From positions 1 to 38,458 of the forward strand of contig JAQGDQ010001488.1 in the NCBI GenBank assembly GCA_030141605.1: a stretch of 38,458 bases of DNA, read 5' to 3'. A program made the position numbers and the translations under genes. A model generated the notes under the pieces. It had not been told where the DNA came from. It made no database searches and was given only the letters and a program-made list of their open reading frames with translations. Below, in pieces: positions 25,446 to 36,559 of this stretch. Position 1 is the stretch's first letter; each line of letters begins with the position of its first letter. This stretch comes from Tubiluchus corallicola (lineage: Eukaryota; Animalia; Priapulida).

Positions 25446-27122
25446 AACTCGTTCTGCTGTTTTATTACGGGACTTGTGTAATATGACAGGGATTTTACAA
25501 AATGTGCAAAATCCAGAATATTATGGTTCGCCACCATTTTAGTTACCTAATGGTAGCTCTTTGTGTTTTTTCTGCATGGGTTTTTTTCTTTGATAAGAAC
25601 CAAATAATTTTTCATCATATATTATCATTCTTAACATTTTCATTTTACAAACGACACGATTACGTCAATAAAGAAAGTCTCGCTGAAACAATGCAGTACA
25701 TTATAGTGATAAAATGAACACAAAATTTAAGTTGGCTTGGTAGACAGTGTCTCCATCTAATGTCTGTAAATGAAAATAAGTACAATGAAATCACAGCTAT
25801 AAATATAAACATTTCTTTGTCCACTGTGATTATTGTGAAAATTAGGCTTTTAAAAAAATAAATACATTGCAAATTACCTCATAATGATGAATACTGTACA
25901 GCATGTAAATTATAATTATGAATATCACAAATAAAAACACAAACTTGTCGTGTTCAAACATGCTAATAAAACAACTGAAATTTTGCATGTGTTGACTTTC
26001 TTTGAAAAAACTTACTTAGGATGCATAGTGCAACAGACTTTATTGTTTAACGAAAAAAATAAATAAGCGCGTTTCACTGGAGAGCAACGAATTAGTCTTG
26101 CCATACGCCTGACAATGCACTTAGATAATAAGTTTGCTAGACAAGCTTTTGTGGTGACATTTCAACACAACATGATTAGTAAAAAGTATTTGAAGCAATG
26201 CCTACTAAGCATGTACCACTTGATAGCATGTACAAATGGACGTAAAGCATATAACCTGTGAAAAAAGCGCGCAATTTACAATGGGTTTTAGTTTTCTTTC
26301 ACTAATCGTTCTCACGGCACGATGAGGACTATGTAGGATGTTCGCGTACTATTGATTATAAGTGTATTTATATGCAAATTTTTTGCAGGGTCTTTGCTAA
26401 TTTCTTAAAGAATGTTTTTATTGACAACCAGCAGACGATGTGAACGTTAATTATGTAACGTTATTGCCGGGTCGGACTGTCCTATACGCTAATAATATAG
26501 GCAATAACCTAGGGCCCTTCAATCCTTGGGAACGTTAGACTTTTCTGTTTCCGTTGGTAACATCGGTTTTTTCACTACAGTTGTGTTGAAATATGACTTA
26601 ATTTTATTTCCAATAAATAATAAAATAGCGGTAGTCGGAAGAAGAAATATAGCTCTTTAGAAAGAGGATAAACAGAGCTACGTTTTCTTCTTAATAACTA
26701 TCAAGTTTAGCTTCGCAATCTTGAAGTTTACAAGTGAAAAAAAGAAATTAGGCACCTACTCTGTGGCATAGCATCACATAATGATTTTACACTACTCAAC
26801 AGTAAAGATCGTATTACGTGCACTGATAGTATTCGAAAGAACAAAATTACCTACGATCTTTATCTTGAGTCTAAAAAGTCGACGACAAATTGCCTTTCCT
26901 ACACATTTATGTTTCTTTCAACTGATTAGTTTCAACTAAATCAAGCGAACTGCTTATCCAATGACCACATCACATTAACAGTTTTGACAATAACAGAACA
27001 TTCAGATCATCTTAATTACATTCTAGACAATTTTAGACATACATTGTAAATCGGTAGGTGGCAAAAGTTCTCTATGTACAGCATATGTACACATTGTTAA
27101 CTGTTTTGTATTTGCTCATTAT

Positions 27123-30100
27123 TCATGGTTGTTCTTGTTCACCAGGCGTGTGAAGTGGAGACAGGGTTGCCACCTGTTCTATTCCAGCTTCTGCACTGGA
27201 TTTTGTCTGCGTATCATTAACATTATCTAGACTTTCCATGTCTAACTTCACATGCTGTATTTCCTCATCAAAGTTCTTGCACGGGTCGTTCGGCGTGACG
27301 CTGCGACTCTCTTCCAGAGTGCTAAGCTGTTCCTTGAACTCCTGTATGCTGTCTTCGGGGAAGTATAGCACCTTCGGCCTGTCTTCCGGTTTTGGGTTTA
27401 CGAGGTCCTGAGTGCCTCCCATGGAGCTCATTTGATCCTTGAACTTTTGAATGCTGTCTTCCGGTGGAAGTTGCAAGTTGCTAGACGTTTCCTCTAACTT
27501 CAAGCTGCAGGAGGACGTTTGCCCGGGGTTACTCGGCTTGTCTCGATTGAAAACAAACACCGGACCAGAATAGCCTGCGACTTTATCATTCGGAACGCTT
27601 TCGTAGGAAAACGAAACTGCAATATGGGGCTTACACGGAGCTGCACCTCCTTCCTTGTGACTCGGGACGGTAGCGTTGGTAGTTTTCGCCAAGCTCACGG
27701 GCGTCGCTTCCACCCTGACAGACGGCACCGGATTGCGTATCACCTGGAAAGATTTCACCAGATCCTCGGTCGACTGATATGGATTAGGCGAACACTTGAC
27801 AATCTGGACGGATTTGGCCGGTGCTCTCGTAGGTTGGTTTTGCGACGCAGGCGTGCGCACGAACTGGAATGACGGCAGACTTGATCCGGCAAGCAGCGAC
27901 TGCGTGGCGGGAGTTTTGATGAGTTGTATTGGTGAAGTGGACACCTTGATTATCTTTGGAGAAGCTTTTGGTTGCTTAGCAACCTGACTTTGTGGAATCC
28001 TAATGACTTGATGCTGTTGACTTGAAGGCGACAGCAAGCGAATTTGTGTAGGTGGAGATTTTAGGTTCCTATTCATCGGTGGCAGTGCTCTAATACTAAT
28101 AGTTGGAGGTGGCTTTGCAACATTAGTTGCTGAAGTTGATACTATCACAAATTTCTGTGGCGGAGTAGTCGACGTCTTGACAAATCGTGGAAGCGTCGAG
28201 GATGTCTGGGTCGGTTGTGTAGACGCTTTGATCGGCTGAGTTTGTGATGATGGGATGTTTGACGCAACTGTCTCGGAATCATCGGCCGTTTTATCTGCAG
28301 ATGCCGGACCGTTAGCATTTCGAAAAACCGGGGTGATAACTATCGGAGCCTTGAACAATTTTGCGGAAACTACCGGGGCATGTGTTTTTGAAGACGTACT
28401 AACCGATATTGAAGCTATCTGTCTACCAGCTGCCGCAGATGAAGATACTTTTGAAGCTGCATCACTTAACTTGGGTAGGATTATTGACTGAGACAAATTT
28501 TTGTCAACTGAAATTTCACAAGCTGACTTGTTACCACCAGGTCTTATTTCTTCCTGTTCCTCTTTTTTAGTCTCCAAATTTATCCAGCTACCAGAGTTAC
28601 CTCTTGGTTCCTCAAGCTTCACTTTTGCAATGGGCAGCTCGGTTTTAACAGCAGGTGACACCTTGGCAGAGTTCTCTATAGTTCTCCTATAGTTCTCTAC
28701 CTCATCAGAGTCATCTTTAGACTTTTCTGTTGTTGTTGTTATACCGTCAGGCTGCTTTTCCATCTCTCGTCTTTGGCCCACAGGAAGATCTCTGGAAATT
28801 TCCCTGGATCTAATATCTACAGCAAGATCATCCACTTGTTCGTTTTTCACTGACAAAACCGAACTATCTACAACGGTTCCAATCCGTTCGTTAACTTCGT
28901 TTTTTCCTTCCGACTTTGGCAGATTGGAATCACTTTGGTTATCATCGGGCTGTCTAACTTTCATAGCCGATCGCTCAGCAAGTGCTTTTAATACGTGACT
29001 AGGTGGTGAATGCTTCACGTACGAGCCCTTTCTGGTCACCAACGTTGACATTCGGTCTTGTCGAGCTGTGGGCTGCTTAACGGGTTTAACCGGACTCAAG
29101 TCGAATACCCTCGGCGTCTTTCTGGTAGAAATGTTGAAATTCTTTGTTGTTTCGGTAGCGCTCTTCTTGCTCGCCACACTGTCTGTCGAATGAATTGATG
29201 ACATTGAGCTACTTCTACTGAGAGTTGGAACTTTTTGTTCCTTCGCTGTTGACGGCGACAGCTTTTTGTCACTAGTCGTCGCCGGCCTGTCGATCAAGTC
29301 TACAACGTGATCATCGGCATTTTTTATTCTGCAAGCAGAATGTATCTTTGAGAGGTGGATACGAATATCGCACTTTGTGAAGCTTCTGTGGTAGCACAAG
29401 CCGCACTTGAAGCGTCTCCAACCTAAATGCAAAGCTATGTGCCGCTTGGTGTTGCTGAGGCTGGAATATCTCTCTCCGCACAACAGACACTTCCTCTTCG
29501 GCTTGTCGATGTGAGCCAGTATTCTTTTTTCGTACTCGGCATGCTCAGTCGGCATTTCAGACTTCTCGATAACAACTGTCTTAGACACCTTAACCGACTT
29601 CGTTTTCTCGGATAACTTGGCTCTTTCAAGATTTTCCTTTTTCCTTCTGGTCTGATTTGGCTCCTGTTTTCTTTGATGTTTACCCGAAATACTGGCGGAT
29701 TTAGCGGATGCTAGTCGTACGACAGGTTTAATCGCCGGTACTTTCCCGTCACAACTATGCTGGTGTTTCATCAAGTTGGCCACTTGTCCAAACATCTTTC
29801 CGCACCTGTTACATTTGTGAAGAACCAACGACCCAATCCGTACGAACGAAATGTCTTTGTTTTCAGCCTGAATGTCCGCTTGTTCCTCCGTGTCTTGTTG
29901 TGCGGTTCTTGCGCTTGCGACGTCTGCTTTCCGCCTTCTCTTAGGAGGTTTTGGAGGATCTGCGTGGTCGTCGGCAGAGTCCGTGATAACATCGTCAATT
30001 CCTTCGAGTTGCAAATACTTTTCATCGCTATTATTTGTGGCGGATTTATCGTCCGGTAGAGACATGTTGATAGGATAAACTCGTCGAAACGTGGCATTCA

Positions 30101-30518
30101 TGCTCATCATATTACGCAACTTGTTCATGTCTTGCTTAGGCTTATTATGAATGGTAATGAGATGTCTTACAGCCGTCCACAGATTTACGAATTTGCTTTG
30201 ACACTCCGAACATGGATATAATAACCTTTTCTCGGCATGGACCCTAACCATGTGCTTCTTCAAAGACGTCCAGATTGTGTACTTGCTGTCGCAAATCAAA
30301 CACTTGATATTTTTCGGATCGCAGTAGGGCGGCTGAAAGAGCGATGCTTTATCCGAGTGCAAAACGACGCTGGCTTTGTGCCCCTGCGTCGTCGAATTCG
30401 AAGTGGTGCGCTTACGCTTACTCTGCATGGCTCGAGCTCGCATCTGTCGAAACTCGGGGCAAGAACGAGTGGTCACCCGAGCGGCCTTCTCGCATGGTTC
30501 CGGTTCCACCACAACAAT
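27123..30518 (-). CDS. ZNF800: ZNF800-like zinc-finger protein, last exon (five fingers plus long disordered tail)
   Basis: 1129-aa ORF with CLIC..H..H, CSEC..H..H, CNRC..H..C, CLLC..H..H and CGLC..H..H. Acceptor tttttctgctAG at 30519, phase 0. Confidence 0.88.
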   Translation of the reverse strand: MVVVEPEPCEKAARVTTRSCPEFRQMRARAMQSKRKRTTSNSTTQGHKASVVLHSDKASLFQPPYCDPKNIKCLICDSKYTIWTSLKKHMVRVHAEKRLLYPCSECQSKFVNLWTAVRHLITIHNKPKQDMNKLRNMMSMNATFRRVYPINMSLPDDKSATNNSDEKYLQLEGIDDVITDSADDHADPPKPPKRRRKADVASARTAQQDTEEQADIQAENKDISFVRIGSLVLHKCNRCGKMFGQVANLMKHQHSCDGKVPAIKPVVRLASAKSASISGKHQRKQEPNQTRRKKENLERAKLSEKTKSVKVSKTVVIEKSEMPTEHAEYEKRILAHIDKPKRKCLLCGERYSSLSNTKRHIALHLGWRRFKCGLCYHRSFTKCDIRIHLSKIHSACRIKNADDHVVDLIDRPATTSDKKLSPSTAKEQKVPTLSRSSSMSSIHSTDSVASKKSATETTKNFNISTRKTPRVFDLSPVKPVKQPTARQDRMSTLVTRKGSYVKHSPPSHVLKALAERSAMKVRQPDDNQSDSNLPKSEGKNEVNERIGTVVDSSVLSVKNEQVDDLAVDIRSREISRDLPVGQRREMEKQPDGITTTTEKSKDDSDEVENYRRTIENSAKVSPAVKTELPIAKVKLEEPRGNSGSWINLETKKEEQEEIRPGGNKSACEISVDKNLSQSIILPKLSDAASKVSSSAAAGRQIASISVSTSSKTHAPVVSAKLFKAPIVITPVFRNANGPASADKTADDSETVASNIPSSQTQPIKASTQPTQTSSTLPRFVKTSTTPPQKFVIVSTSATNVAKPPPTISIRALPPMNRNLKSPPTQIRLLSPSSQQHQVIRIPQSQVAKQPKASPKIIKVSTSPIQLIKTPATQSLLAGSSLPSFQFVRTPASQNQPTRAPAKSVQIVKCSPNPYQSTEDLVKSFQVIRNPVPSVRVEATPVSLAKTTNATVPSHKEGGAAPCKPHIAVSFSYESVPNDKVAGYSGPVFVFNRDKPSNPGQTSSCSLKLEETSSNLQLPPEDSIQKFKDQMSSMGGTQDLVNPKPEDRPKVLYFPEDSIQEFKEQLSTLEESRSVTPNDPCKNFDEEIQHVKLDMESLDNVNDTQTKSSAEAGIEQVATLSPLHTPGEQEQP

Positions 30519-30679
30519 CTAGCAGAAAAACAGAAAACAATCAAAAATTAATAGAGCATGAATCTAGCTGATCTAGGCGTACGAAATAACGACAACGCTA
30601 AGTAATACTGCAACGATAAGATTTAAAAAATACGTATTTTAGCAGATAGAGCAAAAATGCAACATCACAACGTTCTTGC

Positions 30680-30795
30680 AATTCAATTCAATTTATTTTC
30701 TCAATAGCAGTTTAAAATTCAACATAGTTTTTTTACATTTCATTGCAACTGAGAAGCGAAAGACGTATTGGTCACTTGGTCAGCTGCCCCTTATT
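30680..30795 (-). mobile_element. LINE 3'-end remnant
   Basis: Minus-strand stem-loop 30751-30790 related to that at 2006-2044, then AATAAA and (TTGAA)n. Confidence 0.5.
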
Positions 30796-31659
30796 AAAAA
30801 TACAAGTTTACTTACAGGCTCATGACATTTTTTAGGTGTTTGTGTATATATAAAAGGCAAAAGCAACAAAAATCAACGCAAAGCAGAAATGCAATTCAAA
30901 GCATAACAAGGAACAACATCAATCAAAAAATTAATGAAATTCAATGTAGAGCAAAAAATAACATCAAACAAGAGCTACAAAAATCTACTCAAAGCAAAAA
31001 TGCAATTCCACTCAGAATAAAAGGAAGTTATCACAAGCACTTGCAGAACAAACAATTGTAAAATGCCTTTACGAAAGCCGCGGCAAAAAATAAACGATTA
31101 CGAACGAAAAATTCAAGAAACAGCAACCAATGCAGATTCTGAACAAAATCTCCACAAACTACGTCTGCTTGTCAATCTTAAAAAATACAAAATATTTCAA
31201 ACTTTGAAAAACGTACACACTTAGTAGTTCTACTAAAATGCCAAACTTTGTTATGTTACAAATTTTCGATTGTTTACCATTGTCATGATATACATTAAGT
31301 GTATTACTTTTTCTATGAATAAGATTTATCTCATTTAAGCCATCGGGAAAGTTAGGTTTACTTTGGTGTTTGCGAAAAATGGTAGTAATATCTAGTAATA
31401 AAAGTGCAATGAGGGTAGTGAAATCATTTTAATTACGCTATCAGTTCAAGCTTTGGCGCTCCCATTTTGAACTTCTATTCGTCCACCAATGATGTCATTT
31501 ATCAGCTGAAGCAAAGGGAAGCACTCTTAATTTCCGTCAAAAGTATACTAAGTTTTACGGAAAAATTAGATAGCAAATTTTGTGATATTTTGCACGAGTA
31601 TTGGGTAAGGTGCAGAAGTTTGAATTAGTTTAAGTAGCGCGGGCTTACAGAAAGCCACA

Positions 31660-32173
31660 AATGACAAATTGCAAAAAACTCTAAAACAGGCCGGGGGTTT
31701 AGGGGCCGCGTAGACCCCCATGGGGTTTCAAGGGCGCAAAATCCCCTTGGAGCCAGTGACAAATTGCAATTTTGTGACCATAGAGAGCCTCTAAGTGAAC
31801 TTAAAATATCAATTACCTTGTTTCACGCATAATTTAAAATACCCAACTATCAAGGATACATGATACCTAATTGTCTCAAAAACGCCTAAGTACTGGCCGC
31901 TCCTATGCAAAAGTATATAAAAACTGTCTGCAATTGACTCAAATAACTCCGCACAATTGATTCTATATTTTTATACATAGAGATATACACGTGGTCAGAC
32001 TGATGTACTTGATGTAAACAAAGTGACGGCCTGTCAACTAGCGGTCAGCTTGTGAAATAATGTACTGGGTCCGCAAAAATTTTCTCAACAAATTTACGTG
32101 ATTTACAAAAATGGCACTACCGGTCTTCCAAAAACTCGGAATTCCGCGTATCCGCGGAAAATTCTCATCCCTG
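31660..32173 (-). mobile_element. Non-autonomous dispersed repeat with CAGGGATGAGAATT terminus, copy 2
   Basis: Reverse complement of 21467-21923, with an extra ~60-bp GC-rich segment. Confidence 0.85.
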
Positions 32174-32335
32174 CACAACCCGCTTATGAAAAGTGATGAA
32201 ATCCACCAATTACATCATGATTTTCACGTGAATGTTGGCTACACGGCACCAAAAAATTTCTATACAACTGTAGCACGAATTAACTTGATACTTTATAGAA
32301 AGCTTTTTTGCAAATTTGTTTGTTACATTTTTATA

Positions 32336-32752
32336 AGTTTAAGTGATAACGGTAAGATAAACCCAACGTACAGAGCGTCTTATCCTTTCCTTTAGCACAC
32401 CACAAACAGTTTAAGTGATAACAGTAAAATAAACCCAACACACTGAGTGACTTGTCCTTTCCTTTAGCACACCACAAACAGTTTAAGTGATAACAGTAAA
32501 ATAAACCCAACACACTGAGTGACTTGTCCTTTCCTTTAGCACACCACAAACAGTTTAAGTGATAACAGTAAAATAAACCCAACACACTGAATGACTTGTC
32601 CTTTCCTTTAGCACACCACAAACAGTTTAAGTGATAACAGTAAAATAAACCCAACATGCTAGCGACTTATCATTTCCTTTAGCACACCACAAACAGTTTA
32701 AGTGATAACAGTAAAATAAACCCAACGTACAAAGTGTCTTGTCCTTTTCTTT
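32336..32752. repeat. 72-bp minisatellite, ~5.7 copies
   Basis: gtttaagtgataac starts at 32337, 32409, 32481, 32553, 32625 and 32696. Confidence 0.96.
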
Positions 32753-32797
32753 AAGACAAGCGTCATAATGCAAATGCCAAATTGTGGACCACGTTAC

Positions 32798-33007
32798 CTG
32801 TTCTTCCTTGGGAGTCCGCGTGTTTTGAACCGGTTCTCCGGTAGTTTCTTTCGGCGATTCCGCACTGCCGTCGAGCACCTTGCGAAACCTTGCATTAGCG
32901 TTGCCTTCTATTCGCTGCAGCTGAACGGTCGCCTTCTTTTTGGTCAACCATTTTTCGATGTCGCGTTCGATTATGCTGTCGTAGAACCTCACCGGAGATG
33001 TCGTACT
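32798..33007 (-). CDS. ZNF800: ZNF800-like coding exon 3 (STTSPVRFYDSII...TVQLQRIEGNANARF...EEQ)
   Basis: caacAG acceptor, GTAACG donor, 210 nt, phase 0 to 0. VQLQRIEGNANARF resembles the ZNF800 I.LEPIETN.NAVF block. Confidence 0.85.
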
Positions 33008-33191
33008 CTGTTGGTAAAAACGTGAACACGGGAAGTGAGTATATCATAAACCAAAAACATAAACAAAAACAATAAACATATTCATTGACTCGTGCTAAGA
33101 AAATACAACACAACTAATACTCAAGCTTAAGAGTTAGATAAAAGTAACTTTAACAAATATACAATTAGATGAGCACAGTAAATTTCAGATA

Positions 33192-34327
33192 ATGTTCGAA
33201 GGATTTAGTAATAAAAGTGTGATAAGCGCCTCGTGTAATTAGTAAAATCACTTTACTGTACGCATGCGTAGAAATCTTTCGTTTAAAGGAAAAGTCAAGC
33301 CTTCTGGGAAGTTAGGATGATTTCAATGTTCGAAGGATTTAGTAATAAAAGTGTGATAAGCGTCTCGTGTAATTACTAAAATCACTTTACAGTACGCATG
33401 CGTAGAAATCTTTTGTTTAAAGGAAAAGTCAAGTCTTCTGGGAAGCTAGGATGATTTCAATGTTGGAAGGATTTAGTAATAAAAGTGTGATAAGTGCCTC
33501 GTGTAATTACTAAAATCACTTTACAGTACGCATGCGTAGAAATCTTTCGTTTAAAGGAAAAGTCAAGCCTTCTGGGAAGTTAGGTTGGTTTCAATGTTCG
33601 AAGGATTTAGTAATAAAAGTGTGATAAGCGCCTCGTGTAATTAGTAAAATCACTTTACTGTACGCATGCGTAGAAATCTTTTGTTTAAAGGAAAAGTCAA
33701 GCCTTCTGGGAAGTTAGGATGATTTCAATGCTAGAAGGATTTAGTAATAAAAGTGTGATAAGCGCCTCGTGTAATTAGTAAAATCACTTTACAGTACGCA
33801 TGCGTAGAAATCTTTTGTTTAAAGGAAAAGTCAATCCTTCTGGGAAGTTAGGATGATTTCAATGCTAGAAGGATTTAATAATAAAAGTGTGATAAGCGCC
33901 TCGTGTAATTAGTAAAATCACTTTACTGTACGCATGCATAGAAATCTTTCCTTTAAAGGAAAAGTCAAGCCTTCTGGGAAGTTAGGATGATTTCAATGCT
34001 AGAAGGATTTAGTAATAAAAGTGTGATAAGCGCCTCGTGTAATTAGTAAAATCACTTTACAGTACGCATGCGTAGAAATCTTTCCTTTAAAGGAAAAGTC
34101 AAGCCTTCTGGGAAGTTAGGATGATTTCAATGCTAGAAGGATTTAATAATAAAAGTGTGATAAGCGCCTGGTGTAATTAGTAAAATCACTTTACTGTACG
34201 CAAGAGTAGAAATCTTTTGTTTAAAGGAAAAGTCAAGCCTTCTGGGAAGTTAGGATGATTTCAATGTTGGAAGGATTTAGTAATAAAAGTGTGATAAGCG
34301 TCTCGTGTAATTAGTAAAATTACTTTA
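33192..34327. repeat. 134-bp tandem array, ~8.5 copies
   Basis: ttaaaggaaaag recurs at 33283, 33417, 33551, 33685, 33819, 33953, 34087 and 34221. Confidence 0.97.
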
Positions 34328-34584
34328 AAGTCGCGATCATTTCACACCCATTCTTCCACCAATGATATCGTTCATTGGCTGAAGAAAAGCAGCGCACTAA
34401 CAATTTTTGCCAAAAAAATTAGGTAGCTAATTTTGCGCTATTTTTGCTTGAACATTGTACAAGTTGTATAAAATTGAACATTGCATAACACTATATAAAC
34501 ACATAATGCGCCAGTAACTAGTACATTATTATATGTCCATCATGTCTGTTGGGCAAACACTAAAATATCAAATCTAAAATAAAT

Positions 34585-34860
34585 ACATCTGCTCTCAAGA
34601 CAGGCAAACACACTAGTAATCCAGCAAAAAAACTGCTATGCCAGTGGCATGTCAGCACCAGTTCCAATTAACTAGTATATCATCATCATCATACGCCCGT
34701 CACGTCTATTGTAGACATTGGGCATACATTTTAACAGAAGTGGTGCTGACAAGCCACTGGCATAGCAGTGTCTAGTTTTTTGCTGGATTACTGTTGCGTT
34801 TACCTGTCTGAAGGCAGGTTTCTTTTACTTTAGAATTCTGCCTGTCCAATGTCTACAACT
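34585..34860. mobile_element. Inverted pair of SINE/LINE-tail-like repeats (family of 13952-14102)
   Basis: Reverse copy at ~34585-34662, reverse tail at 34678-34725 and forward copy at 34737-34858. Confidence 0.75.
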
Positions 34861-35874
34861 AGTACATGGAAAGTTTAAAGCTAATGTAACATGGGAAACC
34901 TTTCTTGAAACCAAGAAACAAATCGTCTTCACTGTTTTTAGTTGTCACATTGTGAAATTACAATAAATATACTGTGCTTATCTCATTATGTGTACATTCG
35001 AATTGACTTTTAAACAACGCAATAGAAAAATTGATGTTAGATAAAAATATACAAAAAAAAATCTTTGAGGTTATGGTAGAAGTTAAATTTAATGCTTACG
35101 TACAGCACCATACGGTCATGGTGTAACATGGGAATCATTAATATAAATAAAAAACCAGATTAAAGAAACAAAAGACATGACGTTTCAAGCTATTGCTATG
35201 GGCCATCTTCCGGTGAAAAAACTTAAAAATGTATGAAGTATAAGAAAAAAAACTAGTTCATTTTTAGATTTATAATGATGTATTATCGCTGATAAAGTAC
35301 AGAACACATCAAAAACAACTAGAGGTCGTCGTGTCCAGAGATATCAGACATTCAACCTTCCCCGAAAACGAACAACTAGTGTCTTCTCAGCACCACTTCC
35401 CAGAATACACATAGCATTGTACATAACAAAAACTGCAGCATTTCAACCACCCAAAAAGCCATGCCACATGCTATATGAACATTATAAACCTTTGCACTCT
35501 TGAGTACGCATAAATACCGTCGTGACGTCCTAACTCTTTCAGTCCCAAATTATTATTTTTTAAATAAAAAATACTTTGGCTTGGTACTTTTATTCAGTAT
35601 GTCCATCTTGTTTACACATAATAATTGTTTTTTCCTATTATTTTCTTAAAGTATTTAAGACATTTAATATGCATGCTATGCTGATCTACATGCTATGTAG
35701 ATTTTCTAGTTTGCCATTTTATCACTATTTTTAGTCTGTTTTTATTGGCTTAAATCAAAATAACTATTAACAGATATTTAACTGTCAGTTTTAAAATTTT
35801 ATTAATTTTAAAGGTAAGAAAAGTTCTTGTATCCCACAGGATACAATGGGTATGAAAGGGTTAACAAGACATAC

Positions 35875-36152
35875 CGATTTTGGAGATTCCCTCTTTTGCT
35901 CTTCCGGGGCTTTGGGGTCTACGACAGTCACCGATTCCTCGCATGACGTTTCCGCAAGCCTGATTGGCCGTTGAGCGCGGTAACTCTCCGGGCAGTACAC
36001 CCGCTTGTGCGCTACAAAATTCGGCAGTCCGCGGAACAGACTGCTGCACACGCAACACTCGTAGATGACGGAGCATTCGTACAGCAGGAGATTTCGAACT
36101 TCCGTCGTACCGTGCAAAACTCCGTTCACAATGTGTTTTAATGACGGACTGC
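35875..36152 (-). CDS. ZNF800: ZNF800-like coding exon 2 (conserved N-terminal domain and C2HC finger)
   Basis: GT..[37 protein letters not shown] matches ZNF800 [26 protein letters not shown]. ttcAG acceptor, GTATGT donor, phase 1 to 0. Confidence 0.9.
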
Positions 36153-36193
36153 CTGAAGAACAAGAAAAGATTTTCCGATTCACTGGCAATAAC

Positions 36194-36559
36194 TAGCGAT
36201 GAGTATTCTCCACTAGCAAGCAAATTCGAATCAAACCGAATTTCGAATCCGAATTGAATTCAGACTCAATTTTAAAGATTTCCAAATAAATATTTCAATC
36301 ACTAATAAAAGGCATTCCCACAAAGATCGTGCATATTGCTTGATTTTATTATGCAGTAAAACAATAATAATTCGTCCGAAATTTTACACAGATATCTCAG
36401 CTAAATTGTACTGGTTACCTGATCTTTCAAACACTTTAACGACGAAGAATGTATGCAGCTGAAGTCCCGAACTATTCGAATCCTAAATTTATGTTCGAAT
36501 CGAATTCGAACTCCAAAAATTCGTTTGAATCGAATTTGAAAGATCGCCGCTCAGCCCGA
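36194..36559 (+). mobile_element. MITE with gaatcgaattcgaa repeats and degenerate TIRs
   Basis: tagcgatgag... to ...gctcagcccga; shares gcatattgcttgatttt and other blocks with 24940-25445. Confidence 0.65.

Noticed and set aside
27519-30571. Antisense and alternative-frame ORFs over the ZNF800-like exon
   Set aside because: Shadow ORFs of a long coding exon, with no recognisable motifs.
32336-32752. CRISPR array or Cys-rich repeat protein gene
   Set aside because: Simple tandem repeat with no spacers; no independent start or splice signals.
33192-34327. CRISPR-like array
   Set aside because: Units are contiguous near-identical 134-mers with no unique spacers, no cas genes, and the context is a eukaryotic intron.
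35485-35864. piggyBac-like MITE ending AAAGGG|TTAA
   Set aside because: Only one convincing terminus; the partner end is too degenerate to call.
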